Part shown: in pieces, positions 1-14,437 of the stretch | Layout of the letters: every line of letters begins with the position of its first letter | How positions within the stretch are numbered: position 1 is the stretch's first letter | From: Adineta vaga | Taxonomy: Eukaryota > Animalia > Rotifera | DNA length: 64,000 nt | Assembly: GCA_021613535.1 (NCBI GenBank) | Contig: CP075495.1 | Location: forward strand, 7,998,001-8,062,000 | Direction: 5' to 3' | Program-made: the position numbers and the translations under genes | The notes under the pieces: generated by a model | Databases searched by the model: none | Told to the model about the DNA's origin: nothing | The model's input: only the letters and a program-made list of their open reading frames with translations

Positions 1-2936
1 TAACATATTCAATTGTCATTAAACCATCTTTAACAGCTTGATGTAAATTAAGAAATTGATCTTTTGCAAATGTATTAATCGGTTTTCCCAAAATATATTT
101 CATTGTATAACAGGGATATCCTCGGAGATCGATTGCATACCAAGACGTGTTGGTTGAGCATTAATCATACAACGTGAAGTATATTCACGACGAATAACAT
201 AACGTACTAATGGATCAAGAGATAATTGACGAGCATGCATAAAGATTGCAGCCTAGAATATATCAAAATTCCAATAGTATTCGAATATGATAGGATGAAC
301 TCATGATTCAATTAATTACCTGTAAAACAGCTTGTGTATTTGGAAATTGTTTACAAATAAATTCTTCACATGTAGCCAATGGTCCAATAGGATATTGATC
401 AATTTCATTTTTTTGATAATTTTCATACAGATTTTCACCTAATTTATCTGATTTCAATCCAAATTTTTTCACTAAACCTTCTAAATGTGCTTGTTTACAA
501 ACACTATAATAATCCGTTTTTTGTAAAGGTTGTGCTTTAATATTTAATTGTACACGTAATTGTTCAATTAAAGTTTCTTCATCTAATTCTTCTTCATCAT
601 CGATTGTTGGCAATGGTTGATCATCATTGTCATTCTGTTCCATATTTGCTATTAATTTCTTTCGTTTATCACGTTCTTCATGATATTCAAGTACTTTTTC
701 ACGTAAACGCATATTTGGTAGATCTGCATTATAATAAACGTGAAATTGTTCGCGTAAATCTGCTATTTCTTCGAGTGTTTGTGCACGCATCAAACGATCT
801 TTGTCAATATCACAATCAGTTAATAATTTTGTTGTTAATGCTTCTTCATTGGTATCACCTAATTGTTCATATTGATAATTACGATATTTATCCATACGTT
901 CAAACATTAACATCAATTTATCTTTTTGAGATTTGAATATCATCCACTACGGAAAAGAAAAAAAATGTTAACATTTTTTGTTTGGAAATAGATCGATTAT
1001 CTCGCATATAAAATAAAAACAGAGTACATGAAGATCATCGTTATTCATATTGTTACATATCATTGAGATTAAATACCTTTTCATCCCATTGCCAAATTTT
1101 CCAAAGATCTTGTATTTTAAGATCGGGTTCAATATGTTCTTTACGATAAAATGCAATAAATGGTACCTAAAACAAATGCCATTATTTCATAGATCTGAAA
1201 TTTCAAACTTCAAATATCCTTACTTCAAATGAATCATTTCTTATATAATTCAAAGCGTTTTTGATTTTCTTTTTTACTTGAAGATTTTTAGTTGTATCTT
1301 CATCAACCGGCTAGAAGTAAACTTAAGTTAATATCAATTATTCACAGAATCTTCCGTTATTACTTGAGAGGAAATTGTCGATTTAAGAAATGCTCCATTA
1401 TAAATCCATTCAGCTTCTTCTTCAAGTTCGTCTTCTTTTGCTTCTACTACTGGAGTGTGTCTTAACTAAAAAGTGTTCAAAAATCATTTGTAATTAAAAC
1501 ATTATTTATTATTCAATGAATTATAATCTAACTTGAAATCGTTCTGGTTTATCAATTTGCCGAATATTTATATCAGCTTCTGTTAAATAACCACGTTGTA
1601 ATTCTTCAGGCTCAAATAATTCTTCTGCTTTTTGTTTTCGCCGTTGAGTTTTACGTTTTACTTGTCTCTTCACCACTGTTGATTCCTAAAGAAATTTAAA
1701 TAATAAAACGTTTTTTTTCTCGCTTTATTCTTATTTACACTTTCAATGATATTCCCGTCGTCATCATATTCTGGTTCTTCTTGTTCTTCGTCCTCTTCAT
1801 CTTCTTCTTCTTCTTCATCCTCTTCGCCATCATTTAACTCGTCAAAATCAATATTAAACGAAAAATCATCACCAAATATTGCTTGTGCTTCAGCTATATT
1901 TCTATTGAAAAACAAATACAATCTCACATTTGATTTTGCCAGAAAAGAAAAGCATATTCTTACGGTGCATTTTGACTTCTTCGATGCGATGATTTTGGCA
2001 ATGGTTGATTTTCATCATCGACGATAAAATCATCTGAAAAGAAAAAACAAAACAAAAAACGTCAAATTTAATCAGAGAGAAATAATAAGTTACCATCATC
2101 TTCGAACTCTTCATTGCCACCATCGTCATTATCATCATTAGGTGCACTATGTCGCTAGAAGAAAAATATTATCAATTTTCAAATAAACTTCAGAATGGAA
2201 AGGATAGTATGAAATAATTTGGAAAAAACCTAGTCTCATTCGATAGACACTTTTCTTCATATCTTACGTCAGCATTATCTCGTCGTGTATGACTGGTCGA
2301 TATTCGTTCATGTTGTGATGCAGCTTGTTGATCTTCTTCATCACTATCTTCGCCTTCAATTTGTACACGTTTTTTCTGTAAAAAAATAGATAAAAATTAA
2401 TGTTACTGAAAATAGAATAAAATTCAAGGATAGTTACTCTTGTAGATTTACTTTCTGCGACCAATCTACAATAGAGGAGATGTGCAAATACACAAGAAAG
2501 TGATTTTGATTTTCTTACGCTAAATCATCATCATCAAAATCATCGTCGTCATCAGATTCTCCCGAAGCGGATTGATCATTGACAATTTCATCTTCTTCCT
2601 AGAAGCAAAAACGTCACGAATCGATCATATATATTTATACAACTGCGTCATTTACATCATCTCCTGGGTCAGCAATGAAATTTTTTAATTCTGTAGCCGT
2701 TGCTTCATCTATTTCTTCTTCTTCATCATCATCATCGTCGTCGCTCACTAAAGACAAAGACAAAAACAAACAGAATAATTTGTCAGATATTTCCAACTGG
2801 AAATTGTACTTTGTCGATTTGATTTGAGTTTTTTCATTGCCGCTACTCGTTGTTTTTTTTCTGTGTCACTTTCTTCAGCTGAATCCTCCTCTGCCTGTTC
2901 ATCGAGAAATGCATTTCTCTGACGTTTTTTCGACAT
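1..2936 (-). CDS. SUPT6H: Transcription elongation factor/histone chaperone SPT6, 5' part; multi-exon, continues beyond the left edge
   Basis: Acidic N-terminus ([18 protein letters not shown]), then [87 protein letters not shown] and [15 protein letters not shown], which match the Spt6 N-terminal and HtH regions. GT-AG introns of about 60 nt. Confidence 0.93.
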
Positions 2937-3945
2937 TTTGAAATAATTCCAATTGAGATAACGATGAGAAATCTGAAATAAGATGAAAAATCTTGTAGAA
3001 ACAACTTACGATATAAAATACAGCCGATCTTCACCATATACAAATATTGAAATGAAGAAAAGCATAAGACACAATGCTTATATAGGAGAGTGATTTCTAT
3101 CAAATTTGTAAGTGTAGAGAATGGTGAAGTTTATTTTTGTGTAATGATTATATTATTTATTTTTTTAGACAGAATACAATGTGAATGGCTTGCATATATG
3201 ATTGGTTTGCTCTTTAAAACAAAAAATATCAATATAGAGGTCGCTAACGTATGGATTTACTGGAAAATCTTATAGAACATGCATGGATTATGTATCTATA
3301 AATTGATATTCATTCGTAAATGAGTGACGGACAATAAACGAAATTAAAGAGAACATTTTGATTGATTTTTCTTTTTGTAATCTTTTATGAAAACGAGACC
3401 ATTATAAAGTATTAAACGCGTTACATGATCGCAACATTTGATAACGATAAAAGAACAAAACTACTTATGTCGGTATTTCATCAAATTTAAAATCCACCTT
3501 GTTTTAATAAAAATGTTTCTAACTGAGCGATTTGGCCGGAACAAAAAGATATAATAATAAATAGAGAAGAAAGAAACGAAAAGAAAACCAACAAAATCGT
3601 TCAGCACAAACAGTCAAGCGATAACAAGAAGAGTAATAGTTACAAACGTGTTGATAATCATAGTTATTGCTAAGAAAAGTATATAAATTATGTAATTTTG
3701 TTTTCTAAGCGATCGGAATGTTTTTGAAAAAAGAAAAAAAAGAGTAGAAGAAAGAGAAACTGATCATCGATAGTTATTTTGTTCTAAAGTGAGATCAATT
3801 ATATATACATATATATGTAGGATGAAGTGATCACTGTAAACCACACAAACACACACATATTTGATTTGGAAAAAAGACAGAAAAAAAAGTATTGCCATGA
3901 AAAGAAAGGAGAAAAAGAAATATAAATTACAGTAAAGATAAATGT

Positions 3946-6900
3946 TTATCGACGTGTTATCGGTGTTGGGATAGTATTGGTATTCGGTGTTAAAAAAGGA
4001 AAATTTCGAGTTGTTGGACGTGTTCTTGGAATACTTGTAGGTATATTTGTTGATGGATTCGTTACGTTGTTGGAAGGACCATCCCTACGCTCAATTTGCG
4101 AGTTCGTGGATTTGGTACTTGTAGTCTCATCTGTTTGGTGTGCTAAAGTAGAATACGAAAACAGCATTACAATGATATATAATTTAATGTTAAAAACTAC
4201 ATTCAATATTTGTTATCCTATATATCAGTTTAGTGCCCAATGGCTAGCGCAGTCAGTTAGTCAAAATTAGCTGTATCATTATTTTCCGGTCTTTATTTTT
4301 CTTATATGCATATCATATCATATCATATCATTTTTGCCCACCTTTAGATCCATAAAAGTATAACGACGAACTGAAATATTGTATTTTTTATGCTAAAAAC
4401 TGAACACTTCTCTTGTTTTTGCATATTTACCTAATGTTTTTGTAGCTAATGGAGTAAATGATTTAGCAAGAAATTCTTCATATGTTGTTTCTTTTTTATG
4501 TGTACGAATGATTGAATTTATTATACGATAACGTTCTTCGTAACTAAAATAAACGATCAATCAATGATAAAATATTAGTAATGATAGAAACGAGAATGAA
4601 ACTTACAATTCACAATGATTATTCAATGTGGTACGACGTGCACGACTAGCATTGATGGCTGTAGCTCGTACTAATTCTGGAAGAATGAGTTTATCAACAA
4701 TTGCACCATCAAATAATGGGCCAAAATTTGTTGTCTAAATAGAAGAACATGAAGAATTTCATTGTAGTCTTAATATATATCTCATCAAATTCTGTATAAA
4801 AATGTAGAAGAATTTCTAAATAAATTACTTGACTAGTTTTGTCAATTTTAATTCTATATAAACCATTTGGTAATGGATGTATAACAATCAATACATCACC
4901 AAAAGCACTAGCTATAATTGATCGATCATATTCATGATAATGTTCTGTCCAAATAATTTGAACTTCATCATTTCCAATATGACGTGTTTTCTTTCTTGTA
5001 CGATCTTCATCAGTTGATCCATCAATCATTGTTGCAACATGATACATTATTTCCACAAGTGCATTAGCATAATAGATTGAATATGTATTCGGTAAAGGAT
5101 GTAGACCACCACGAAAACCAGTATGTTTCGATAATTCAACTTGCCAACCGAGATGAGTTAGAAATTCTTCATAATTTGCACTTCCATGATTATTATTGAA
5201 TATACTCGTTTTATCTTCTTGACCGTAACCAATATAGATAACAGCTATTGAAAAGAAATGCAAAAAATAGAAATCTAAGAAATAATGATGTGAATATTAC
5301 CAATTTTATGTGTTTCACGACAATTTAATGTATCTAAATTCTTTAATTCACGTAGTAATTGATCACAGTTTGTTTTTGATGTATTTAATAAGTCAATATT
5401 TTGACGATTCTCAAACATCATTAAACCAAGTTGAGTTATATGTGATCGACATAATGCAAATCGATCATTACGAGACGATGGTAGAGAATTTTCAAGACGT
5501 CGTTCAGTTTTTCCAAATGATGATGAATCTAAATCAATTAAAAAAAAATTTAATCGATTGGTTTCTTTTCGTTTTACCATAGTTATTTTCGGCAGCTTCC
5601 TGTTCAGTAATCATTCTTATAATCGCTTTTTCATCATGAGAAGAAATCAATGTTGGTGTTGGTGACACGTCTGTTAAAGTTCGATCGCTGTAAAATGCTA
5701 ATTCAGGACTATGCGTTGTTATATATTGAAGAAGCTAGAAGAAAAAACAGACATTCATTAGAACTAATAAAAATCTCCTGTACTTTATCAAGAATATCAG
5801 CATTAGGTGGTTGATTCTGATATGTTGGCGGTTGTTCAGGATCAAAATTTTCCAAAACTGTAATTCCTCTTTTGGTTTCTTGAATTTCATGTGTTGATTT
5901 TGTAGGAAGTATTAATTCTATAATAATCAATATACAATCTACATGAATAATATCACAATAAATACTAACCAATTGGATTATTGAATGGACGTGTAATTGC
6001 TTTGGAATTTGAACTGATATTGTATGCATAATTATCCCAACAATATCTTCCACATAAATCTCGAATGATTGTTCGACATAAAGTTGTTCGGGAAACAAAT
6101 TGTTGATTATCAGCTGCTAATTCATTTGTTTTTTCATTTGGAATTTCAATAAATGAAATAAGAAAATCATCATGAATAACAAATAATTGAATATTCGATG
6201 AATGAATTATTAATTCATCAGATTGATTCATCATCGAACTTTCTTCATTGGAACTTGTTTGCTGTTTCGAAGAATTTAACCAATCATGTCCTTCATGAAT
6301 ATTTGTTGTTATTAATGATGATTCATTTTCCGTTAAAGGAAAATGTGAATGTTCATTAAGTAAAAATAAAATAGCAAATTTACAACATAATTTTATTGAT
6401 TGACTTAATGTTAATTCATTATCTTGAACTTTTTGTTCATCAGTCAAAGAATTTGTTGAACGATATAAATCGACTAGTACGGCAAATGTTCGTTGAATAA
6501 TTGTCGTCGAAATTTCATGATTATTTTCATCATGTGTTATTTGTTGTTGTTGAAGGTAACTTGTTGGAACATGTAAGATCCAATCGAGTAATGCAAATAT
6601 TAAAGATTTTATTATCCGAACATTATTACGCATTAATGCACCAACATCACGTGGAATAATCGCACGTAATGATGATATAAGACCATCAATTATAGTTGTA
6701 TATAAACTACCCGATAGATTGTCACGATGTGAAATGAATAAAGGAGCATACGATGCAAGAAAACGAAGTATATCAGCTGCAAACATTGTAGAATCGGCAG
6801 GCTAGAAGAAAATGAAAATCAATCAAATATATATGTTTAAATTTATTGTTATTGATTTTTGTGTTTGCTATACTATGGGAAGGATTGAATTGATAACAAA

Positions 6901-9900
6901 GTGCTCGTGAAAGGATATCTAACTCTTAATACAAATAAATGTCTGATTGATGCTCTCGTTTCCTTTTATCATAAGATTATATAAGCATTAATATGACACT
7001 TTCTGTAATAGGATTTCAATTAGATGATTTATCATTTGATTAATCGACAGCAACAGCAGCTGCAGCAGCACAGATAGTTACCTGATGATTTTTATCTAAA
7101 GATACTTGCTTATTCACTTGTCCCTTTTAAGAGCAAAATCGAGATAAATGTATGTATATATATATATATTTTCCTTATCGAACAATTCTATTCGTTTAAT
7201 AAACAAAACTAACCTGTAAACATTCAACTGTAAATACAATAAATGGTTTAATAGGTGATTCCATTCTTTGATGTTTTAATTCTTCACATAGAAATATAGC
7301 TAGACCACATAAAGCAATTTCTCTATTAGAAAAAAACAAACAAAATTGATGGAAATTAATGTCGAATATGAATTTACCGTGATTCAAGCATTGGATCTAA
7401 TTGAGATGCTTTGATTAAATCACGCATAATCATCCGTTTTAAATATGTACGATCTACTGTAACAGGAACATATTCTTTATCTTTATTTGATAGAACATCC
7501 AATTGTTCGAAATGATTTGGAAAACAAACGAAACTACTCAAAATAGTCAATGCTTCAACTTTTGGAATCTATTAGAAATAAAAATTTTCTTTTGAAATAA
7601 AATCTATCAGAATCTTAACATACGGTTTTTCCTTCTACGAAACATGCTTTTTGACCAATTTCACAACAAGCAGTTGTGAACAATGGTAATAGTAATGTTG
7701 AAGATGGCCAACATCGATGAAAAAAATCTACTTTACATGAACTAATAATCACATGGATAATATCCTAAGCAGAAACAAGATCAAAGTTATTATGTCTTTT
7801 ATTCAATCTCTGTATTTGTTTACTTCATCTCCGGATAATAAACCTTCATAAATAGTTAATAAAAACATATCAAGAAAATCTGGTGTTGGTGGAACATCAT
7901 GATTGAAAACACCCATGGAACATAATAATCTGTATGCAGAGAGTTTTCCTTCACGATGTGTTACTGGTAATGTTTGAATAGCCTAGAAATGAGAAGTAAA
8001 ACAAAAACAGTTACAATTCAATGTAGTTTAACAAACTTCAAAAAGCCACGGAGCAAATATTAATAAAGGTGGCCCATCGAAATATAGATCTCCATGTTGA
8101 GTATCTTTAGATTGAACATGAATCTATTGTTGATAAACAAAACAAAAAAGGTTTTCATCAATGCGTGAAAACTAAAAGAAGTTTTCTTACACGACAAAGC
8201 ATTTTCCATATATCAAAAAGTGTTTTCATTATTCGATTATGTTGTTCTGGTGAACGAATTTGATTGATATTTCCAAGTGAACCAAGCATACGAAACCATG
8301 CTGTATAAGCTGTTTCAGGTGCTAAACGTGATGATTCATAGTTTTGTTCACTCATATACACAGCTGTATCAATACTATCGATTGTTGCTGTATCTTGATG
8401 AACTAAATTGAATAAAGTAGAGAAAAGTATCAAGAGATTGTTAATTTTACATGAATGAAGACTATCAACAGTTGATTGACTGAGAGGATGATGATCGCGT
8501 GATAGTGGTGGTGATATATGTTGATGATGATCAGATGTCGAAGTAGATTCCGATACAGTTGTCGAACGAGAATCAGTTTTATGCGCGCTGTTGTTGTCTA
8601 ATAAATGAAAATAAGAAATACTCGATATATGTATAAATACAATGAAAATATTTCTTTACTTTTGAAATTTGCTGTTAACATGTCAGCACTACCAATTCCA
8701 CTTAAACTATTTGTATCCAGTACACCTGTTGATGCTGTACTATAATCATCACTCATAGGTGAATCTAATGCATGATTAGGTGAAGACATATCACCCATAT
8801 GAGAGTTGGCTAAATATACAAGAATCTACATTTTTAACGAAAAAAAAACAAAAAAATGAAGACCATACGTGTTTGTTGAGCTATATGAATTGTTAAGGGT
8901 TGTTGCTGTTGAGCTGATAATAATGATTCACTTGGACTGAATAAAAGCGAATTTTGTTCGATTGATGTTCCTTCTGTTGTAGCTTGATGTTCACCTGGTT
9001 GATTACTTGGAATACTCGTTAATACATGTGACTATTCAATGAGAAGAAGAAAAAATAATCATTGTATATTTTATTCCGTATATATCCTTTAGTTTCCTTA
9101 CTCTATTAATCATTGATGATGATGAATTTGTTGCTATTGAATGTGTTATACTATCATCACTATTTGTTCGTCGTCGAACTACACGATTGTGTTCAATCAT
9201 TGATGTTCGAATGGGTTGTTGTTGCTGTGGTGTTAACGGTTCTGATTGATCCATATCTTCGTCTGAACTTATTGTTCGTCCTCGACGAGTATTTGAAGAA
9301 TTTAAATCAAGAGAATTTGGAGGAACAGATTGCGCTGTTCTTCGAACAACACCTGTCGTTCCAACTCGACGAACAGTTGTTGCTGTTGTTAATGGTTCTG
9401 TTTCAACTTTATAAACAAGACGACCAAGATCTTTTGTTAATGCTCGCATTGATAACTATTATAGTTTCTAATTAATTTAAATCAAAATAGTCGTACCACA
9501 ACACTTACATCCCATTGATCAATAACTTCTGGCCACATTGCTTTTGATGATAAAGTATCACTTAAATTATTCCATAATTCTACACTGACATATAATGAAG
9601 CTGATTGAAATAGAAAAAGAAGTGTCTACAAAAAAGAAAAAAAATGTCAAACATTGATAAGAATTATTGTTGTTTACTTTTATAGTATTTTCAATATACA
9701 AATGATTTGTATTAGGTGGTGGACGATCTTGTAATGAAAGTCGAACAATTTTTAACATTACTCTTAAAATAAGATCCCTAAAAACATAAAAAAAAGAAAT
9801 TAATTTAGCTTTCTATTGAGTAGAAGAAAATCTTGTTTTACCAGGTTGTTCGATCAGGTGTATGTCTTTGTGGAAGTTTTTTATAGAAAGTCACAAGACC

Positions 9901-12348
9901 AGCAAGTGATCTTTCGCGCATAACGGGTTCAGTTTGTGTTGCATTAGTGTTTTGTTGAATTTGTTGTTCATCATTTGTTGATGTTGGTCGAACAAGAAAT
10001 AAATAAAACGATTGAGTAATAAAGATTTGTAACCAACGATTTAAACCTAAACGAAGATGATTATCATCGGGTATTTCATTCGATGATGAACGTTGTTCAG
10101 GTTCGAGCATAAAAACTGGTCGTAAGTTTTTCTCCTACAATATTAAATCGAATAATAGAATTTTTTTTTCTCATCAAAATAATCAAGAAACAAACTTTAA
10201 TCCAATCATTCACCGTACGAAGAATATGCGAAGCAGCTAAACCGTATTCACCGGACATAAGATAACTCTAGGTAACGAATAAAAAGAAAACTTTTAATAA
10301 CATCAATAGAAATCATTTTTATAGTTTTTACTTGTCGAAAGATTTCATGAATGAAATTAATATTCTCTTGTGTAGATAGAAAAACATTTTGACCAATTTC
10401 TAATGTGTTACTATCTAATGGACCAATCATATTTACTATTTGTTGAAATGATATCGGTTGATTTTTAGATGATGCTCCAGTGATAATATGATATAATTCA
10501 TTCGAATAGGATGAATAATCAGATGAAGCATTTACTGTACTAGTTGATGCTATTGATTGTGTTAATGCACTTTGTGATGTTGGATTTAGATTTGGTACAC
10601 GAGTTCTAAGAGGACAATATCGATTTGAAAATCAATAATGAAAAAAAATATTTCTGTTCACTCACAATGTTCTGTCTCGATTTTGTTCTTCATTGAGAAA
10701 TGGTAATAACCACATAACAAATGCTGTTCGACATAAACATGCTTGTCGTCTTCGTAGTCCATCACTTTCAATTCGTACTGTTTCTGGAATAGTCACTAAA
10801 TATGACATGATTTCGTTGCATTTTCAATCTATTTTCAAAAAAGAAACTTAGAGTCTTTACTTGATGCTGATAAGTCGTAAATATTTTGTTCAAGAAATGT
10901 TGGGAAAAGTGTTGGCATATAATAACGTTTGAACATATCAAATAAAAAACGAAAACATTCTTCTTGCTTTTGTATTCGTGTTGATTCACGAATGGAATCC
11001 CAGAGAACACGTTTACATGTGTCTGATATTGTATGTAACATAAAGAAAAGCCATCGATCCACGGAAGGATCATAATCAGACGCATTCTTTGGCCAAATTG
11101 GAATGATATCGGCCCATCGAAATGTGTCTAGAAGAGTTTCAAATTGAAGCAAGATATTTTTACACAAATCTTATTACAAACCAGGTGGTGTGCGAAATAA
11201 GTCGTTCAAAGCTGTAGATGGTTGTTCATCGGTATTATTAGTATTATTTTCTCCACCAACGCGTGTACCAACTAATGGTTGATTCCAATTTCGTATTAAG
11301 CCTTTAAAAATTGCATGTTCTTCTTCAACTGCATTGTTACCTAATATTTGATACCAAAGAAGGAAAAGTCGCATACCACGTGCAACACCCTATCATAATT
11401 TGACAATGATCATTTTCTTTTTCGATTAACAAAAAGGAAAATCTAATTTACTTGTGGACTGTTGGAAGCGACAAAATATCTTTTGATTACATTGCATATA
11501 CAATGAGCTTGCCATCGTTGATGTACAAGTGTGGGTAATAATGTAAGAATACGCTAGAACACAATGTATACTCAATGTAAATAAATGGTACCATAGAAGG
11601 TCATAACATTAACAATGATATTTTGATGAGAAACATATTGAGATAGATAATCACAAAACAGATAAAATATACTTGATTTTTCTAATTGAAATAGACTCTA
11701 TCATAAACTTTTCTTCAAACTACTTATCAGTGCAACTAATCGATTTGATATCTATCTCTCTTGACACATGATATTCAAGTGATAATCAAATCAATAATCG
11801 ACAAAAAGAAATAGCAATATAGTCAGTTGTCACCAAACACACTCTCTCTCTCTCTCTTTTATACAACTAGGTGTTCTTGTGTATCTCTCAAGGGAAATCT
11901 TTTCTCTTTGATGAATTTCATCAAAAGAAAATTTCTTTTACCTCTAATAAATTCGTTACGTATTCAAAATCTGATTGATTTTGTTTCGAAACTAAAATCA
12001 AGAAAGGAAAAATAAAATCTATGCTACTCATATCATCATCTTTCTAAACACATACGTGCTCGTGGAATATTCGTTTCGATTTGACTAAAATTTTCAAAGA
12101 AAAGATAAAAAATATGTTGATATGACGTTTTGAAAAATGCTTGTAAATCATCAACAGATAATTGATCTAAAACAAAATAGTTAACTATTTGTTTTCATTT
12201 TTATTGTTCGTTCTTTTTTACCAATTAATTGTTTTAAATAACGTTGTCGATCCGATAAACTTTTGGTTAAATCAATAATTTTTTCTTTTGTTCTTTGAAT
12301 TGTTTCATCAGCCTTATTCGGCTTTGCGCGACTGAACAATTGAGTCAT
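3946..12348 (-). CDS. RALGAPA1: Ral GTPase-activating protein catalytic alpha subunit (RALGAPA1/2-like), multi-exon
   Basis: N-terminal exons [10 protein letters not shown]..., [19 protein letters not shown] and [12 protein letters not shown]; central [15 protein letters not shown]; C-terminal Rap-GAP domain [19 protein letters not shown]...[15 protein letters not shown]...[12 protein letters not shown]. The 3' end is ambiguous (see findings). Confidence 0.93.
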
Positions 12349-12783
12349 TCAAGATGATTTTTAAAGATTAAATAAGATATTAATTACATTTAATAGAACA
12401 AGACAAAATAAGCAGATTATTATCTACAATAAATATGATAACCGACCTCTTCGTTCTTCAAAATCTGAAGAATAAGCAAAAAAAACTATTTTAAAATTTT
12501 TCATTCGTTCACTTTTCTACGAATCAACTCATTTCTCTATAAAGATGTCGTTAATAAAATACGAAATAGTTCAATAAAAAATCTTTAAAAAACTTTGATT
12601 TTAATTTTGAATTGAAAAGAAATTCTTTTCTAGAAAAATCTATTTTTTCTTTTTTTTATATTATTGGTTCATTGAAAGCTTTGTTGTTGACCTGTGAACG
12701 TATTACTTCGGAGGACAATTAAACAAAGATGGCGATTGATTTTTCTCCGACTACACATGCCCTCTTTTGTCTCGAGATAAATC

Positions 12784-14091
12784 ATGGCTTCATCTGAAAC
12801 AACATGTACATTGATCGGAGGAAGTTTAATCGTCTTACTTATTGCTGGTTATTTTGGTCAACATCTTTTACCAGCACCTAAACCGAAAATAATCGGTTTA
12901 GATCTCGGTACAACTTATTCATGTGTTGGTATCTATCATGCAATAAGTGGTTTAGTTGAAATTATTCCTGCTCAACGTAATCGATCATGTTTACCATCGA
13001 TCGTATCATTTTTATCGAATGGAAGTATACTATTAGGTTACGATGCATTCGATCATTTAGAAACAAATCCAAAATATACAATTTATGATGCAAAACGTTT
13101 TATTGGAAAACAATTTACATCAGAATCAATTGAAAAACTTCAAAAAGATTATCCATTTCAATTAGTGCGAACAGATCAAGGTTACGTTGAATTTCTTATT
13201 TCAGACAATGGAACACGAATCAAACCTGAACAGATTGGATCATTGTTATTAAAACATTTAAAACAATTAGTAGAACAACATTTAAAAATTCCAAAAATTA
13301 AACTTTGTGTTCTCAGTGTTCCTGCAGAATTCGATGATGAACAACGACAATTTACAAGACGAGCTGCTGAATTAATTGATTTGAAAGTCGAACGAATTAT
13401 ATCGGAACCAACAGCAGCAGCTTTAGCTTATGGTTTTCATAAGATAGACAGTGTTCGATATGTTCTAGTAATTGATATCGGTGGTGGTACGACTGATGTT
13501 AGTTTATTATCTGTACAAAATGGCATGTTTTCAACTCAAGCAATGGCAGGAAATAATCGTTTAGGTGGTCAAGATTTTAATCAAAATTTATTAAATTATA
13601 TTTTAACTTTAGTTGATGATTTAAATCAAAAAATTGATCCACTTTTTTTACAACATTTACGAATTGAAATCGAAAAATGTAAAATTGATTTATCGACAGT
13701 TAAACAATGTTTAATCGGTTCAAAATGGATTATTACAAGAGAAAAATTTGAAGAAATTAATGAAGATTTATTTCGAAAAATTCGTGAACCATTAGATAGA
13801 ATATTTTCCTATATTAATTCAGATATTACTGATGATGATGATACAAGTAATCGATTAACAGTTAGTAATATTGATGAAATTGTTTTAGTGGGTGGTTCGA
13901 CACGTATGTTAAAAATTCGAGAATTAATTGAAGATTATTTTCAGAAAAAACCGAATATTAATATTGATCCTGATGTAGCTGTCACACATGGTGTATCAAT
14001 TCAAGCAGGAATTCTAGGTGGAGTATGGCCATTGAATGTTAGTGCGACCGAAGTACGAACAGCAGTTGAGAAAATTCATATTGAAACTTAA
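12784..14091 (+). CDS. HSPA13: Heat shock 70 kDa protein 13 (STCH), microsomal Hsp70 lacking the peptide-binding domain; single exon
   Basis: Hydrophobic leader plus LAGYFGQHLLPAPKPKIIGLDLGTTYSCVG; EPTAAALAYG; DIGGGTTDVS; IVLVGGSTR; ends QAGILGGVWPLNVSATEV right after the ATPase domain, diagnostic of HSPA13. Confidence 0.93.
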   Translation: MASSETTCTLIGGSLIVLLIAGYFGQHLLPAPKPKIIGLDLGTTYSCVGIYHAISGLVEIIPAQRNRSCLPSIVSFLSNGSILLGYDAFDHLETNPKYTIYDAKRFIGKQFTSESIEKLQKDYPFQLVRTDQGYVEFLISDNGTRIKPEQIGSLLLKHLKQLVEQHLKIPKIKLCVLSVPAEFDDEQRQFTRRAAELIDLKVERIISEPTAAALAYGFHKIDSVRYVLVIDIGGGTTDVSLLSVQNGMFSTQAMAGNNRLGGQDFNQNLLNYILTLVDDLNQKIDPLFLQHLRIEIEKCKIDLSTVKQCLIGSKWIITREKFEEINEDLFRKIREPLDRIFSYINSDITDDDDTSNRLTVSNIDEIVLVGGSTRMLKIRELIEDYFQKKPNINIDPDVAVTHGVSIQAGILGGVWPLNVSATEVRTAVEKIHIET

Positions 14092-14437
14092 TAGGCAATT
14101 TTTTTTCATTCCAATTTAATGATGATAGACTTTCTTTTCATACCTACAGGAAGTAAGATTTGATAATTGGTCTATCTTTCCGGTGGTATTTAATATATAT
14201 TTGGTTGTTCTCATTTTTTGTTTGTTTTTAATGATTGTTTTTGTTGTCTATTTTTCTAATTGTTATCTATTTGTTTGAGCTTATCAGTAACGAATTTCTT
14301 GTTATATTTACCGTTTGATATGATGATCTGTTATTTAAACTTGATTGATTCTTTTAGATAATCGTCAATATTTTCTTCTTATTCGTTTTTTTTCTTGACC
14401 GCGAAAAGCTCATGCTGATCGCGTGTCATTTATCATC

